Of a stretch of 64,000 nucleotides of DNA, positions 63,905-64,000 are shown one piece after another. Source of the DNA: a virus; the IMG/VR virus record IMGVR_UViG_3300035698_019747, positions 32,001-96,000 of that record. One strand, 5' to 3'. Position 1 is the stretch's first letter, and each line of letters begins with the position of its first letter. Both the position numbers and the translations under genes were made by a program. A model generated the notes under the pieces. It did no database searches, was not told where the DNA came from, and saw only the letters and a list, made by a program, of their open reading frames with translations.

Positions 63905-64000
63905 ATGCCAGAAGCAGTAACAGTAATAAGTAAAGCTAAAGAACTAATTGAAACAGTTGGTTCGGAGAAAGCCATTGAATTTTTTCAAGAAATAATTGAT
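63905..64000 (+). CDS. Partial hypothetical protein running off the window end
   Basis: MPEAVTVISKAKELIE... open to the end. Confidence 0.55.
   Translation, partial: MPEAVTVISKAKELIETVGSEKAIEFFQEIID

Overview
Very AT-rich, gene-dense 64 kb segment of a large T4-like myophage (jumbo-phage type). The host is most likely Bacteroidota, based on recurrent TAnnTTTG promoter boxes and Bacteroidota-like ClpC and LETM1-related proteins. The window holds baseplate/tail genes (gp6-, gp25- and tube-like), nucleotide/NAD metabolism genes (gmk, nadD, guaB/C, thyA, MazG-like), RNA/tRNA maintenance genes (CCA enzyme, 2H phosphoesterase, Tpt1/KptA), ClpC, an S1-domain protein, Dam, Fic, GDP-fucose synthase, two ADP-ribosyltransferase-like genes and an orphan Cas3 embedded in a small-gene paralog array. 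The best candidate for a new system is at 21778-22451. An unannotated 25-codon leader peptide with a Ser/Arg run (TCA AGT TCA CGT AGT AGT CGC) is followed by mutually exclusive antiterminator/terminator helices and then tRNA-Arg(ACG) plus all four tRNA-Ser isoacceptors. This looks like a ribosome-stalling attenuator that turns on the phage tRNAs whose codons it senses. Shared short peptide motifs (a T4-like capsid-targeting tag and an RQxNIDxxL motif) recur across unrelated proteins. All protein calls come from motif recognition by eye; no searches were run.
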